Shown here in pieces: positions 40,032 to 53,800 of a stretch of DNA of 64,000 bases. The notes beneath the pieces were generated by a model. That model had not been told where the DNA came from. It was given only the letters and a program-made list of their open reading frames with translations, and did not search any database. Origin of the DNA: Felis catus (lineage: Eukaryota); contig NC_058368.1 in assembly GCF_018350175.1 (NCBI RefSeq), forward strand, positions 212,848,001 to 212,912,000, written 5' to 3'. Made by a program: the position numbers and the translations under genes. How positions within the stretch are numbered: position 1 is the stretch's first letter; every line of letters starts with the position of its first letter.

Positions 40032-40697
40032 TATCAAACATTCTTGTAAATGTATAACTGAGCTCACAAAAAAAAAAAAAAAATCAAGGGAAAGCTCCAG
40101 GGTCCCAAAATGCAGAAGGAACTGAATAAACTCCAGAGCAGTAAGAGCATAAGCCAAAGCACCACTGCCCTTTGCATGAAGGGGTGATGGGGAGTTTACA
40201 GAAACCAGGACTTGGGCTTTAACAGCCATGCAGGAACAGAGAATAAATGTTCTAGAGAAATTTTTCCATGACTAGGTATCTCGCTTGGATGACCTCTGGT
40301 GGACTTCTAGCCAGCCTGCTTGTCAGAACCAGCCCCCAAATCTTTCTTCCCACTGGCTGGTCCTAAAGATGAACATAGTGAGCTTTCTTCAGTGCTTCTT
40401 CTGGGTATGTTTTTATCAGAAAGCAGAAGACATTGAAGACTCTTAAGTGTAGTAACAAACCCTGGAGACCCTCAGAGTCTTCTAGCATGGGCAGCATTTA
40501 GTCATCCAAGGCCTTCGGCTTCTAATCTTCTCACCAAGATTTACAAAGTTTAGGGATCCATCTTCCTGCCTGCCCCATTACAAGGCTTCTGGATTCTAGA
40601 ATCTATAGCCCAGGGGATCCTGAGCCTAGAACCTACCTTGGCTTAAAATGAACAGTGAAGCCTAGAATGTTCTTTCAGAAAAATTCAACAGTTATTC

Positions 40698-40928
40698 CTT
40701 TTTTTTTTTTTAATTTTTTTTCAACGTTTTTTATTTATTTTTGGGACAGAGGGAGACAGAGCATGAACGGGGGAGGGGCAGAGAGAGAGGGAGACACAGA
40801 ATCGGAAACAGGCTCCAGGCTCTGAGCCATCAGCCCAGAGCCTGACGCAGGGCTCGAACTCACGGACCGCAAGATCGTGACCTGGCTGAAGTCGGACGCT
40901 TAACCGACTGCGCCACCCAGGCGCCCCC
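40698..40928 (-). mobile_element. Young felid Can-SINE, TSD AACAGTTATT
   Basis: Minus strand GGGGCGCCTGGGTGGCGCAGTCGGTTAAGCGTCCGACTTCAGCCAGG with many CpGs retained; TSD at 40687-40696 and 40929-40938. Confidence 0.97.
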
Positions 40929-41002
40929 AACAGTTATTACTTTTAGAAGGGAGCTTGCCGGTTTTTTGTTTGTTTGTTTAGTTAGGTTTTCTTTCCTTAT
41001 TT

Positions 41003-41003
41003 T

Positions 41004-41055
<52 letters not shown>

Positions 41056-41058
41056 TCA
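41003..41058. repeat. (TTTC)n microsatellite
   Basis: Read directly from sequence. Confidence 0.92.
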
Positions 41059-41349
41059 TTCTTTATTCCTTTGTTTCTTTCTTTTTTTTGCATTGGAAAC
41101 TAGGTTTTGGGGTTTTTTTAATTTTTATTTAATACATTTTTTTAATTTACATCCAAGTTAGCATATAGTGCAACAATGATTTCAGGAGTAGATTCCTTAA
41201 TGTCCCTTAAACATTTAGCCCATCCTCCCTCCCACAACCCCTCCAGCAACCCTCTGTTTGTTCTCCATATCTAAGTCTCTTATGTTTTTGTCCCCCTCTC
41301 TGTTTTTTATTATTTTTGCTTCCCTTCCCTTATGTTCATCTGTTTTGTA

Positions 41350-44300
41350 TCTTAAAGTCCTCATATGAGTGAAGTCATATGATATTTGTCTTTCTCTGAC
41401 TGACCAATTTTGCTTAGCATAATACCCTCTAGTTCCATCCACGTAGCTGCAAATGGCAAGATTTCATTCTTTTTGATTGCTGAGTAATACTCCATTGTAT
41501 AAAAATGCCACATCTATCCATTCATCTGTCAGTGGACGTTTGGGCTCTTTCCATACTTTGGCTGTTGTAGATAGTGCTGCTATAAACATTGGGGTGCGTA
41601 TGTCCCTTCAAAACAGCATACCTATATCCCTTGGATAAATACCTAGTAGTGCAATTGCTGGGTAGTAGGGTAGTTCTATTTTTAATTTTTTGAGGAATCC
41701 CCATACTGTTTTCCAGAGTGGCTGCACAAGCTTGCATTCCCACAAGCAGTGCGAAAGGGATCCTCTTTCTCCACATCCTCACCAACATCTGTTGTTGCCT
41801 GAGTTGTTAATGTCAGCCATTCTGACAGGTGTGAGGTAGTATCTCATTGTGGTTTTGATTTGTATTTCCCTGATTCTGAGTAATGTTGAGCATTTTTTCA
41901 TGTGTCAGTTGGCCATCTGGATGTCTTCTTTGGAGAAGTGTCTATTCATGTCTTTTGCCCATTTCTTCACTGGATTATTTGGTTTTTGGGCGTTGAGTTT
42001 GAGAAGTGCTTTATAGATTTTGGATACTAACCCTTTATCTGATGTGTCATTTGCAAATATCTTCTCCCATTCTGTCAGTTGCCTTTTAGTTTTGCTGATT
42101 GTTTCCTTCACTGTGCAGAAGATTTTTATTTTGATGAGGTCCCAGTAGTTCATTTTTGCTTTTGTTTCCCTTGCTTCCAGAGACATGTTGAGTAAGAAGT
42201 TGCTGCGGCCAAGGCCAAAGAGGTTTCTGCCTGCTTTCTACTTGAGGATTTTGATGGCTTCCTGTCTTACATTTAGGTCTTTCATCCATTTTGAGTTTAT
42301 TTTTGTATGGTGTAAGAAAGTGGTCCAGTTTCGTTCTTCTGCATGTCGCTGTCCAGTTTTCCCAGCACCACTTGCTGAAGAGACTGTCTTTATTCCATTG
42401 GACATTCTTTCCTGCTTTGTCAGAGATTAGTTGGCCATACGTTTGTGGGTCCACTTCTGGGTTCTCTATTCTTTTCCATTGATCTGAGTGTCTGTTCTTG
42501 TGCCAGTACCATACTGTCTTGATAATTACAGCTTTGTAATACAGCTTGAAGTCTGGGATTGTGATGTCTCCGGTTTTGGTTTTTTTCTTCAAGATCGCTT
42601 TGGCTATTCAGGATCTTTTCTGGTTCCATACACATTTTAGGATTTGTTCTAGCTCTGTGAAGAATGCTGGTGTTATTTTGATAGGGATTGCACTGAATAT
42701 GTAGATTGCTTTGGGTAGTATTGACATTTTAACAATATTTGTTCTTCCTATCCAGGAGCATGGAATCTTTTTCCATTTTTTTGTGTGTGTCTTCTTCAAT
42801 TTCTTTCACAAGATTTCTATAGTTTTCAGTGTATACATTTTTCACCTCTTTGGTTAGATTTATTCCTAGGTATTTTATGGTTTTTTGTGCAACTGTAAAT
42901 GGGATCGATTCCTTGATTTCTCTTTCAGTTGCTTCATTGTTGGTGTATAGGAACACAACTGATTTCTGTGCATTGATTTTATATCCTGCCACTTTGCTGA
43001 ATTCATGGATCAGTTCTAGCTTTTTTTGTGGAGCCTTTTGGGCTTTCCATATGGAGTATCATGTCATCTGTGAAGAATGAAAGTTTGACCTCCTCCTTGC
43101 TGATTTGGATGCCTTTTATCTCTGTGTTGTCTGATGGCTGAGGCTAAGACTTCCAATATTTTGTTTAATAACAATGGTGAGAGTGGACATCCCTGTCTTG
43201 TTCCTGACCTTAGGGGGAAAGCTCTCAGTTTTTCCCCATTGAGGCTGATATTAGCATTGGGTCTTTCATATATGGTTTTTATGATCTCAAGGTATGATCC
43301 TTATATCCCTACTTTCTTGAGGGTTTTTTATCAAGAAAGGATGCTATATTTTGTCAAATGCTTTCTCTGCATCTATTGAGAGGATCATGTGGTTCTTGTC
43401 CTTTCTTTTATTGATGTGATGTATTACACTGATTGTTTTGTGGATATTGAACCAGACTTGCATCCCAGGTATAAATCCCACTTGGTCGTGGTGAATAATT
43501 TTTTTAATGTATTGTTGGATCTGGTTGGCTAATACCTTATTGAGGATTTTTTCATCCATGTTCATCAGGGACAATGGTCTATAATTCTCCTTTTTAGTGG
43601 GGTCTTTGTCTGGTTTTAGAATCAAGGTAATGCTGACTTCATGGAAAGAGTTTGGAAGTTTTCCTTCCGTTTCTATTTTTTGGAACAGCTTCAAGAGAAG
43701 AGGTGTTAACTTTTCCTTAAATGTTTGGTAGTATTCCACTGGAAAGCCATCTGGCCCTGGACTCTTGTTTTTGGGGAGATGTTTGATTACTAATTTGATT
43801 TCTTTATTCATTATGGGTCTGTTCAAATTTTCTATTTCTTCCGTTTCAGTTTTGGTAGTTTATACGTTTCTAGGAATTTGTCCATTTCTTCCAGATTCCC
43901 CTTTTTATTGGTGTATAATTGCTCATAATATACTCTTATTATTGTGTTTATTTCTTCTGTGTTGGTTGTGATCTCTCCTCTTTCATTCTTGATTTTATTT
44001 ATTTGGGTCCTTTCCTTTTTCTTTTGTGATCAAACTGGCTAATGGTTTATCAATTTTGTTAATTCTTTCAAAGAACCAGCTTCTCATTTCATTGATCTGT
44101 TTTTTTTATTTCGAAAGCATTGATTTCTGCTCTAATCTTTATTATTTCCTACCTTCTGCTGGTTTTGGGTTTTATTTGCTGTTCTTTTTCCAGCTCTTTA
44201 AGGTGTAAGGTTAGGTTGTGTATCTGAGACCTTTCTTCCTTCTTTAGGAAGTCCTGGATTGCTATATACTTCCCTCGTATGACTGCCTTTGCTGTGTCCC

Positions 44301-45154
44301 AGAGGCTTTGGGCTGTGGTGTTATCATTTTCATTGGCTTCCATGTACTTTTTAATTTCCTTTTTAACCTCTTAGTTAGCCTATTAATTCTGTAGTAGGAT
44401 GTTCTTGAGTCTTTAAGTATTTGTTCTCTTTCCAAATTTTTTCATGTGGTTGATTTCGAGTTTCATGACATTGTGGTCTGAAAATATGCACGGTATGATC
44501 TCCATCTTGTACTTGTTGAAGGCTGGTTTGTGTCCCAATATGTGATCTATTCTGGAGAATGTTCCATGTGCACTGGAGAAGAATGTATATTCTGCTGCTT
44601 TAGGATGAAATGTTCTGAATATATCTGTAAAGTCCATCTGGTCCAGTGTGTCATTCAAAGCCATTGTTTCCTTGTTGATTTTCTGATTATATGATCTGTC
44701 CATTGCTGTAAGTGGGTGTTGAAGTCCCCCACTATTATGGTATTAGAATCAATGAGTTTCTTTATGTTTCTGATTAATTGATTTATATATTTGGGTGCTT
44801 CACATTTGGAGCATAAATGTTTACAATAGTTAGGTCTTCTTGGTGGATATACCCCTTAATTATGATATAATGCCCTTCTTCATCTCTTGTTACAGTCTTT
44901 ATTTTAAAGTCTAGATTGTCTGATATAAGTATGGGCTACTCCATCTTTCTTTTGTCAACCATTAGCATGATAGATGATTCTCCATCCCCTTACTTTCAAT
45001 CTGAAGGTGTCTTTAGATCTAAGTGGGTCTCTTGTGAACAGCATATAGATGGATATTGTTTTCTTATCCATTCTGTTACCCTATGTCTTTTGATTGGAGC
45101 ATTTAGTCCATTGATGTTTAGAGGGAGTACTGAAAGATATGAGTTTATTACCAT
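41350..45154 (-). pseudogene. L1 ORF2p pseudogene
   Basis: Fragments [54 protein letters not shown] lie in different frames. End coordinate approximate. Confidence 0.92.
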
Positions 45155-45203
45155 TATGTTTCTTGTAGAGTTGGAGGTTCTGGTAGTGTTTTCTGGTCCT
45201 TTC

Positions 45204-46144
45204 TAGTCTTTCTTGCCTTTGGTCTCTTTTTTTTTTTTTTTTTTTTTTTTGTCTTTTCTCCCCTCAGAGAATCCCCCTTAAAATTTCTTGCAGGGCTGGT
45301 TTAGTGGTCATGAACTCCTTTAATTTTTGTTTGTCTGGGAAACTTTTCATCTCTCCTTCTATTTTGAATGACAGCCTTGCTGGGTAAATTATTCCTGGCT
45401 GCACATTTTTCCAATTCAGCACATTGAATATATCCTACCACTCCCTTCTGGCCTGCCAAGTTTCTGTGGATAAGTCTGCTGCAAACCTGATCTGTCCTCC
45501 CTTATAGGTTAAGGACTTTTTTTCCCTTGTTGCTTTCATGATTCTTTCTTTTCCTGAGTATTTTGTGAATTTGACTATGGCTATGCCTTGTTGATGGTTG
45601 GTTTTTGTTGAATCTATTGGGAATCCTCTGTGCTTCCTGGATTTTGACGTCTGTGTCTTTCCCCAGGTTAGGAAAGTTTTCTGCTATGATTTATTCACAA
45701 AACCCTTCTACCCCATTTATCTCTCTTCATCTTCTGAGACCCCTATGATTCTGATGGTGTTCCTTTTTAACGAGCCACTGATTTCTCTAATTCTTAAATC
45801 GTGCTCTTTTGCCTTAGTCTCATTCTTTTTTTTCTGCTTCATTATTCTCCGTAAGTTTGTACTCTATATTGCAGATTTACTGCTCTGCCTCATCTATCCT
45901 TGCTGCCGTGGCATCCATTCGAGATTGCAGCTCAGTTATAACATTTTTTATTTCATCCTGATGCTTTTACTTCTTTTATCCCTGAAGAGAGGGATTCTAA
46001 ACTATTTTCAACCCCAGCTAGTATTCTTATTATTGTGATTCTAAATTCTGGTTCAGACATCTTGCTTGTATCTGTGCTGATTAAGCCCCTGGCTGTCGTT
46101 TCTTCCTGGTCTTTCTTTTGGGGTGAATTCCTTCATTTCATCAT
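45204..46144 (-). pseudogene. L1 ORF1p pseudogene
   Basis: ATG ATG AAA TGA AGG AAT TCA CCC CAA AAG AAA GAC CAG GAA: stop at codon 4, probably CGA>TGA. End coordinate approximate. Confidence 0.8.
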
Positions 46145-48006
46145 TTTGAAGGAAGAAAAGGAATTGATAAGGTAAAAAAATTTTAAATTAAAAAATTAAA
46201 AACACACATACACCAAATCAAATAAACGATGTTATATCCTAGGAGTGTTTTGGTCTGGCTATTGAAAAGAGCTTGATAGATTAGAGAAAAAAAGGGGGGG
46301 AGAAAAAAAGGAAAAAGGTTGAAAATTTGAGAAAATGAATACAATGAAATAGAATAAAATGAAATGATGGAAGTAAAATAGAATTTGAAAAATTTACAAA
46401 AAAAAGTTAAAAATATAGTAGAAAAAATAAAGTGATTTTTAATAAAAATTGAAAATAAAAATATTTTTTCTCTTTCTGTATTCAAGAAAAAGAAAAGAAA
46501 CAAAAAAGAAAAAATAAAAAAGAAAGAAAGAAAATTGAATAGATGGACCCAGAGAACAGACCGAAATACAATTGAAATTACATTAGTTTCCCCTAGGAGT
46601 CAAACTGTGAAGCACTTTATAGTCCATAAACTAAGCAGGTGGAGAGATTTGTGGTGTTCCTGAAGAGCAAGGTTGGCTCGGTTGGGCGGGACTTAGTGTA
46701 ACAGCTCCACTCTCCACTATATGGCGCTGCTTAGCTTAAAGGGGTGGATTGTTTGTGGCGCTTGTAGGTGTGTGTGCACATGCGCTGGAGGAGTGAAAAT
46801 GGTGTCACCCAGCTACCCAGTCTCTAGTATCAGAACTCTGTGCTCTCCCTGACCAGCAATCGCACACCCATCCTTTGTCTCTGGCTTATGTCCACTCCCC
46901 GCTTTTATACTATCTGTGACCAAGCCATCACGTTGCCAAGCAGCACCTCCCTCCTGAGTTTTATCTCAGATGTGACTGTATTTCCCAATCCCTCATTTCT
47001 GAGGGACAGCAGCTTTGACCCACTCAGATCCGCTGGGGGAGGGTCTCACCAAGCAATGGCCAGGTACTGGCTGCACCCACAAATGTTCACAGGACCATGC
47101 TGCTATCAACGCCCAGAGACTGCGGCTGGGCACCACCCTGCCCCAGAAAAAGTTCACGCAATCATGTAGCAGCAGTGTTTCAGGGGTTATGGAAAACCAC
47201 AACATACATCTGGCACTAGGCTTCACCCTTAATGACCTTGTTCCAGCACCAGTGAATGTGGTTGTTCTCTGGGACCTGCTGGGACTAGGTGGCTGCACAG
47301 ACTCTACCAAATGCCCTTCCAGCAGTGGAACTGCTTTTCCCCATGTGGACCGAGAACGTTCCAGACCCCACTCTGCTTCTAGGGATTCGCCCTTCCCACA
47401 AGAGCACCGCCAGGTATTTAGCTGTGGAGTTTCAGACTCTGCGCTCCCCCTTTTATAGATTCTTAATGGAATTTAAACACTCTCCTTTCTCCTTTCTCCC
47501 TTTTTAGTTCAGTCCTTGTGGCTGTTTCCACTTTTCCACTTTCTCTCCAGCTGCTTTGTGGGGGGTGCTTTTCCCATACTCTCCCCCCACCCCATCTTTG
47601 TCTTCTCTCCACAAGCAAAAATAGCTCCCTGCCCTCCGCGGCTTCTCTCTCCCCCAGTTCACCTCTCCATGTCATGTACCTGCTGAATTCTGTGGTTCAT
47701 GTTGTGCAGATTGTTGTGTTAATCATCAAATCAGTTTTCTAGGTGTGCAGATGGTTTAGTGTTGATCTGGCTGTATTTCATGGATGTGAGATGCAAAAAA
47801 AACTTCCATGCTATTCCGCCATCTCATTCTTTTTTAAAAAAATCATTATGTCCCCAACATCTAGCAACAAGTACTTAAAACATTTATTGAATTAACAATG
47901 AATGATTGCAACCCTTTATACAACATCACATAATCAGTCTTTCAGCACAGAAGGGGGTCTTTTCTGAATTGTGATCTCAATTGTACTTAGAACATTAACA
48001 GCCTGG

Positions 48007-48037
<31 letters not shown>

Positions 48038-48244
48038 ACTTACTTATCTTTTGTGCTGCATTGGGAATCCCATGCTAAGAGGATGGCTTTTTCCTGTCCT
48101 ACAGACCAGTCTCATGGTCTTTCTCTGCTTCATTGCCTTTCTCACTTTCTTTTTTCTTCTTTCTGGCTTCCTCCTGCTTTAACAACCTTCAAGTCACATA
48201 CCCAAGTTGAATTTTGTAGGAGCTTAGGGTTTTTTTTAGTCCAT

Positions 48245-48512
48245 TTTTGAAGTATAATTGACATACAATGTTACATTAGTTTCAGGTGTACTGAAACTAC
48301 TGATTCCACAGTTCTATACATTACTTAGTACTCACCATGATAACCATATTCACCATCTGTTGCCATACAATTCTATTACAATAGTATCGACTATATTCCC
48401 TATGCTGTACTTTTCATCTCTGTGATTTATTTATTTTATAACTTGAAGTTTGTACCTCTTAATCTTCTTCATCTCTTCTGCCCACCCCTTAACCACCTCC
48501 CCACTGGGAACC
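48245..48512 (-). mobile_element. Old L1 3' end (L1MA9/L1_Carn-like)
   Basis: 'ttgaagtataattgacatacaatgttacattagtttcaggtgtac...gactatattccctatgctgtac'. Confidence 0.85.
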
Positions 48513-50834
48513 ACCTCACCTGCCTGCCTGTTTTTAAAGCCAAATGGGATGTCTTTCCTTTAAGAAGTCTCTGTAGTGACAGCTTTGGTCATGGCCACCT
48601 CAAGCCTGGAACCAGCACCTCAAGTATTGGAGGTCCCAGGAAATGATACCAAACTGTTGGGTCAGGAAACCAGTAGACATCTAGAAGGAAAAAAGAAGTA
48701 TACAGTTACAGTAAAAACAGAGCTCCTTATCAGTGATGTCATTCTCCTCAAAGAAATGAGGAATTTTGTGTTTTCCTGATAAATATGAGAAGATCATTAG
48801 CTTTGAGGTGACTCACTGAAATGCACCCAGAGTGGCATGTTCACTAGGAGACCCTCATTGGCATTGCAGGCTGTAAATTATGGTCATTCCTAAGAGGTAA
48901 CAAGAGAGGTTCTGTCAGCTGTGCAATTACTTTGTTTTGGCAGGACACTTTGGATTCAAGAAAACATTGGCTGGAGTTCAAGGCCAAGATTTTGGATCAG
49001 CTGCCACCATAATTTTTCAGAAATGTGATGACTGTACCTCAAGAAATAGTTTCCTAAGTAGGCTGCAGGAATGTCTCTTGTACATGTTTGAAAGGAATGA
49101 AGCTCTTGGGGACTTAACAGTAAAGCTGAGTTATCATGGGCTTCTCAAGCAAAGGGTGAGAAGCCCAGATCACATCAGGAATCTTCTTCACCAAATGTAG
49201 TGAAGTAATGAGAGAGTGGCTTTAATTGAGATAGGACATGGCTGGACTCTGTATCTTCTACATGATATACAAACACAGCGATATAAAAATCTATCAAGGT
49301 TACCCAGATCCCTTTTTGTCATTGAAAGTTCTATGCTAAACTAAACAGCATAAGCTTCCTACACTTTTCAGTATCCTGTCTGAATGTAATAATAGTGAAG
49401 AGGATAATAATGTGAACATCTAAATGATCCCCAACCCTCTAGAGGGCCAGTAGATGCACTCAGTGTCCATTTCTTACTTATTCACAGTCCTTCATTTATA
49501 TATCAGAAAGCATCACTCAGACTTGAAAATTTCAGGGGGTCATTGCAATTTGAATACCTAAGTCTATGACTTGACAAGGAGACTATTCCCAGCCCGTTTT
49601 TATTTAGCATAACATTGTCCCTAGACAAATACTCTATTATTAACACTACATATTGTGGTTGTCAAGGGAAATATTTACAATGTACCTAAGTTTCTAAGAT
49701 AGAAAATAAGATAAAATTTGAGTGGTGGGAAATTGGGTGTGAAATTGAAAGTCAAATATTGAGTCAGAAATACCATCACAGAAGCATAGATACGATGCCT
49801 ACAGAGGAATTGAACATGCTTGGCCAGTGAGGGTAGAAAAAGAAAACACTAGTCCTTTAAGGGCAGTAGCTGGGCCATGCAAATAACAACCTGAAAAGAT
49901 GAAGCAATCCATTAATTTACTTTCAATTATTACATTCATTTTATTGATTTTATGGAATAAAATTAAGAATATTAAAAGCACTGTCCTATAAGAGAATTTA
50001 AAAAATTGCGGTGGGTCTCTGAGAGTTTATATAGGAGGCTGATGCTGGATTCCCCCTTCTATTTAGAAAATTATATTCATTACTCTTGAGGAAGCCTGTA
50101 AAATTTCTCTGCTGTACTATGAGTGTGCTTAATTGGTTTTACATCATAAATATAATATTGAAAATGCCACAAGTTAAAGTATTATACAAATGCATGGACT
50201 GAGATGTTACTTGGAAAGCCTATTATTTTCTATATTTTTCATCATGTTGCCAACTTCCCTATGTGTGCTATGTATGGGTATGTGGTGTGTGAGGGTGGGA
50301 GTTGTAAATTTAGGAGGAGATGGGGGTTCTAAGAAGTTCAACAAAAGCAAGGCTTCCAATTATCATATTCCTAAGGGCTCTCAATCTTTTGGACCTCCCC
50401 TTCCCATCCCCCAAATTCCAATGTACATACAAACCTCACTAAAATATCTGCAGCTTCTTGTAAAGCAATTTGGGACTCCTAGCTGTGGCCATAAAAGCAT
50501 TTTTGTCTCTTAGGGATTTCGGTCACAGGAATCAAATCTTTGATCTCTTGGGAGACCCTCAGGGCAGCACTTTCTCCAAAGCCATTAAGCTGGGAGGTTT
50601 ATACTAATATTCGAGGTTCTTTTTAGAGTCTGAGGTCCTTCATTCTCTAGCATAGGCTAGAGGCTTTTGAAACCCTAGGCTCTAGTGCTGAGCTTACTGT
50701 TTATCAACCATGAGACTTTGAACAGATCATGTAACTTCTCAGGATATCAATTTCTTTTTCTGTGAAAGAGAAGCATCATTGACAGGTTGCATTCTGGGTT
50801 CACTTAGTAGGAAGGGGAGAATGGTAAACAGTTG

Positions 50835-53800
50835 GTATGTTGGTGAGCATTTAACAGCAAGGTCTCTGGAGGGAATGTGCCATGATTTATAGCATTTGTT
50901 GATTTCTGTGGTGGAAATACTCATAACATGACCAATTTCTTTATTATTATTATTATTATTATTATGTAATTTATTGTCAAATTGGTTTCCATACAACACC
51001 CAGTGCTCATTGCAACAGGTGCCCTCCTCAATGTTCATCACCCATTTTCCCCTCTTTCCCACCCCCCATCAACACTCAGTTTGTTCTCAGTTTTTAAGAG
51101 TCTCTTATGGTTTGCTTCCTTCCCTCTCTGTAACTTTTTTTCCCCTTTCCCCTCCCCCATGGGTTTCTGTTAAGTTTCTCAGGATCAACATGTGAGTGAA
51201 AACATAGGGTATCTTTCTCTGCCTGTCTTTCTCTGCCTGACTTATTTCACTTAGCATAACACTCTCCAGTTCCATCCACATTGCTACAAATGGCCAGATT
51301 TCATTTTTTCTCATTGCCAAGTAGTATTCCATTGCATATATAAACCACTTCTTCTTTACCCATTCATCAGTTGATGGACATTTAGGCTCTTTCCATAATT
51401 TGGCTATTGTTGAAAGTGCTGCTATAAACATTGGGGTACAAGTGCCCCTATGCATCAGCACTCCTGTATCCCTTGGGTAAATTCCTAGCAGTGCTTTTGC
51501 TGGGTCATAGGGTAGGTCTATTTTTAATTTTTTGAGGAACCTCCACACTGTTTTCCAGAGTGGCTGCACCAGTTTGCATTCCCACCAACAGTGCAAAAGG
51601 GTTCCCGTTTCTCCACATCCTCTCCAGCATCTATAGTCTCCTGATTTGTTCATTTTAGCCACTCTGACCGGCGTGAGGTGATAGGTGAGTGTGGTTTTGA
51701 TTTGTATTTCCCTGATAAGGAGCGATGCTGAACATCTTTTCATGTGCCTGTTGGCCATCCGGATGTCTTCTTTAGAGAAGTGTCTATTCATGTTTTCTGC
51801 CCATTTCTTCACTGGGTTATTTGTTTTTCGGGTGTGGAGTTGGTGAGCTCTTTATAGATTTTGGATACTAGCCCTTTGTCCGATATGTCATTTGCAAATA
51901 TCTTTTCCCATTCCGTTGGTTGCCTTTTAGTTTTGTTGGTTGTTTCCTTTGCTGTGCAGAAGCTTTTTATCTTCATAAGGTCCCAGTAATTCATTTTTGC
52001 TTTTAATTCCCTTGCCTTTGGGGATGTGTCGAGTAAGAGATTGCTGTGGCTGAGGTCAGAGAGGTTTTTTCCTGCTTTCTCTTCAAGGGTTTTGATGGTT
52101 TCCTGTCTCACATTCAGGTTCTTCATCCATTTTGAGTTTATTTTTTGTGAATGGTGTAAGAAAGTGGTCTAGTTTCATTCTTCTGCATGTTGCTGTCCAG
52201 TTCTCCCAGCACCATTTGTTAAAGAGACTGTCTTTTTTCCATTGGATATTCTTTCCTGCTTTGTCAAAGATTAGTTGGCCATACATTTGTGGGTCCAATT
52301 CTGGTGTCTGTATTCTATTCCATTGGTCTATGTGTCTGTTTTTGTGCCAATACCATGCTGTCTTGATGATTACAGTTTTGTAGTAGAGGCTAAAGTCTGG
52401 TGTTGTGATGCCTTCCACTTTGGTCTTCTTCAATATTACTTTGGCTATTTGGGTTTTTTTGTGGTTCCATACACATTTTAGGATTGCTTGTTCTAGTTTT
52501 GAGAAGAATGCTGGTGCAATTTTGATTGGGATTGCATTGAATGTGTAGATAGCTTTGGATAGTATTGACATTTTAACAATATTTATTTTTCCAATGTTCA
52601 TGGAATGCACATTTTCAGATCACAACACTATGAAACTTGAAATCAATCACAGGAAAAAGTCTGGAAAACCTCCAAAAGCATGGAGGTTAAATAACAACCT
52701 ACTAAAGAATGAGTGGGTCAACTAGCCAGTTAGAGAAGACATTAAAAAATATATGGAAACAAATGAAAATGAAAATACAACAATCCAAATGCTTTGGGAT
52801 GCAGCAAAGGCAGTCCTGAGAGGAAAATACATTGCAATCCAGGCCTATCTCAAGAAACAGAAAAATCCCAAATACAGAATCTAACATTACACCTAAAGGA
52901 AATAGAAGCAGAACAGCAAAAACACCTCAAACCCACCAGAAGAGAAATAATACAGATCAAAGCAGAAATAAACAATATAGAATCTAAAAAAAAAAAAAAA
53001 GTGGAGCAGATCAATGAAACCAAGAGTTGGTGTTTTAAAAAAATAAACAAAATTTATAAACCTCTAGCCAGGCTTCTCAAAAAGAAAAGGGAGAGGACTC
53101 AAATAGATAAAGTCACAAATGAAAATGGAATTATTACAACCAACCCCTCAGAAATACAAGCAATTGTCAGGGAATACTATGAAAATTATATGCCAACAAA
53201 CTGGACAACCTGGAAGAAATGGACAAATTCCTAAGCATCCACACACCTTCCAAAACTCAAACAGGAAGAAATAGAAAATTTTAACAGACCCATAACGAGT
53301 GAAGAAATTGAATCAGTTATCAAAAATCCAAATAAATAATAGTCCAGGACCTGATGGCTTCCCTGGGGAATTCTACCAGACATTTAAAGCAGAGATAATA
53401 CCTATCCTTCTCAAGCTTTTCCAAAAGATAGAAAGGGAAGGAAAACTTCCAGACTCATTCTGTGAAGCCAGCATTACTTTGATTCCTAAACCAGAGAGAC
53501 ACCCAGCAAAAAAAAGAGAACTACAGGCCAATATCCCTGATGAATATGGATGCAAAAATTCTCAACAAGATACTAGCAAATCGAATTCAACAGCATGTGA
53601 AAAGAATTATTCACCATGACCAAGTGGGATTCATTCTTAGACTGCAGGGCTGGTTCAGTATTTGCAAATCAATCAATGTGATATATCACATTAGTAAAAG
53701 AAAAGATAAGAACCATATGATCCTGTCAATCAATGCAGAAAAAGCATTTCACAAAATTCAACATCCTTTCTTAAAAGAAAAAGAAACCCTCGATAAAGTC

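Larger units (their letters stand above)
41117..47825 (-). mobile_element. Near full-length (~6.7 kb) LINE-1 of a second felid/carnivore lineage, inactive
   Basis: 5' 'gagatggcggaatagcatggaag' (YY1-like ATGGCGG), GC-rich 5' UTR, ORF1 from 46144, ORF2 from 45154, 3' UTR and A-tail. ORF1 and 3' UTR differ clearly from the copy at 1-3958. Confidence 0.96.

Noticed and set aside
45227..45250. T24 run within the L1 as a separate retro-insertion
   Set aside because: No TSD or body; more simply slippage of an A-run near the ORF1 end.
46840..47742. ORFs in the GC-rich region as a host gene or CpG-island promoter
   Set aside because: They lie within the L1 5' UTR; no evidence for an ORF0-like product can be drawn from sequence alone.
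51105..51812. 235-aa ORF with a CCHC motif as a standalone zinc-finger gene
   Set aside because: It is the C-terminus of L1 ORF2p in a truncated, frameshifted insertion.
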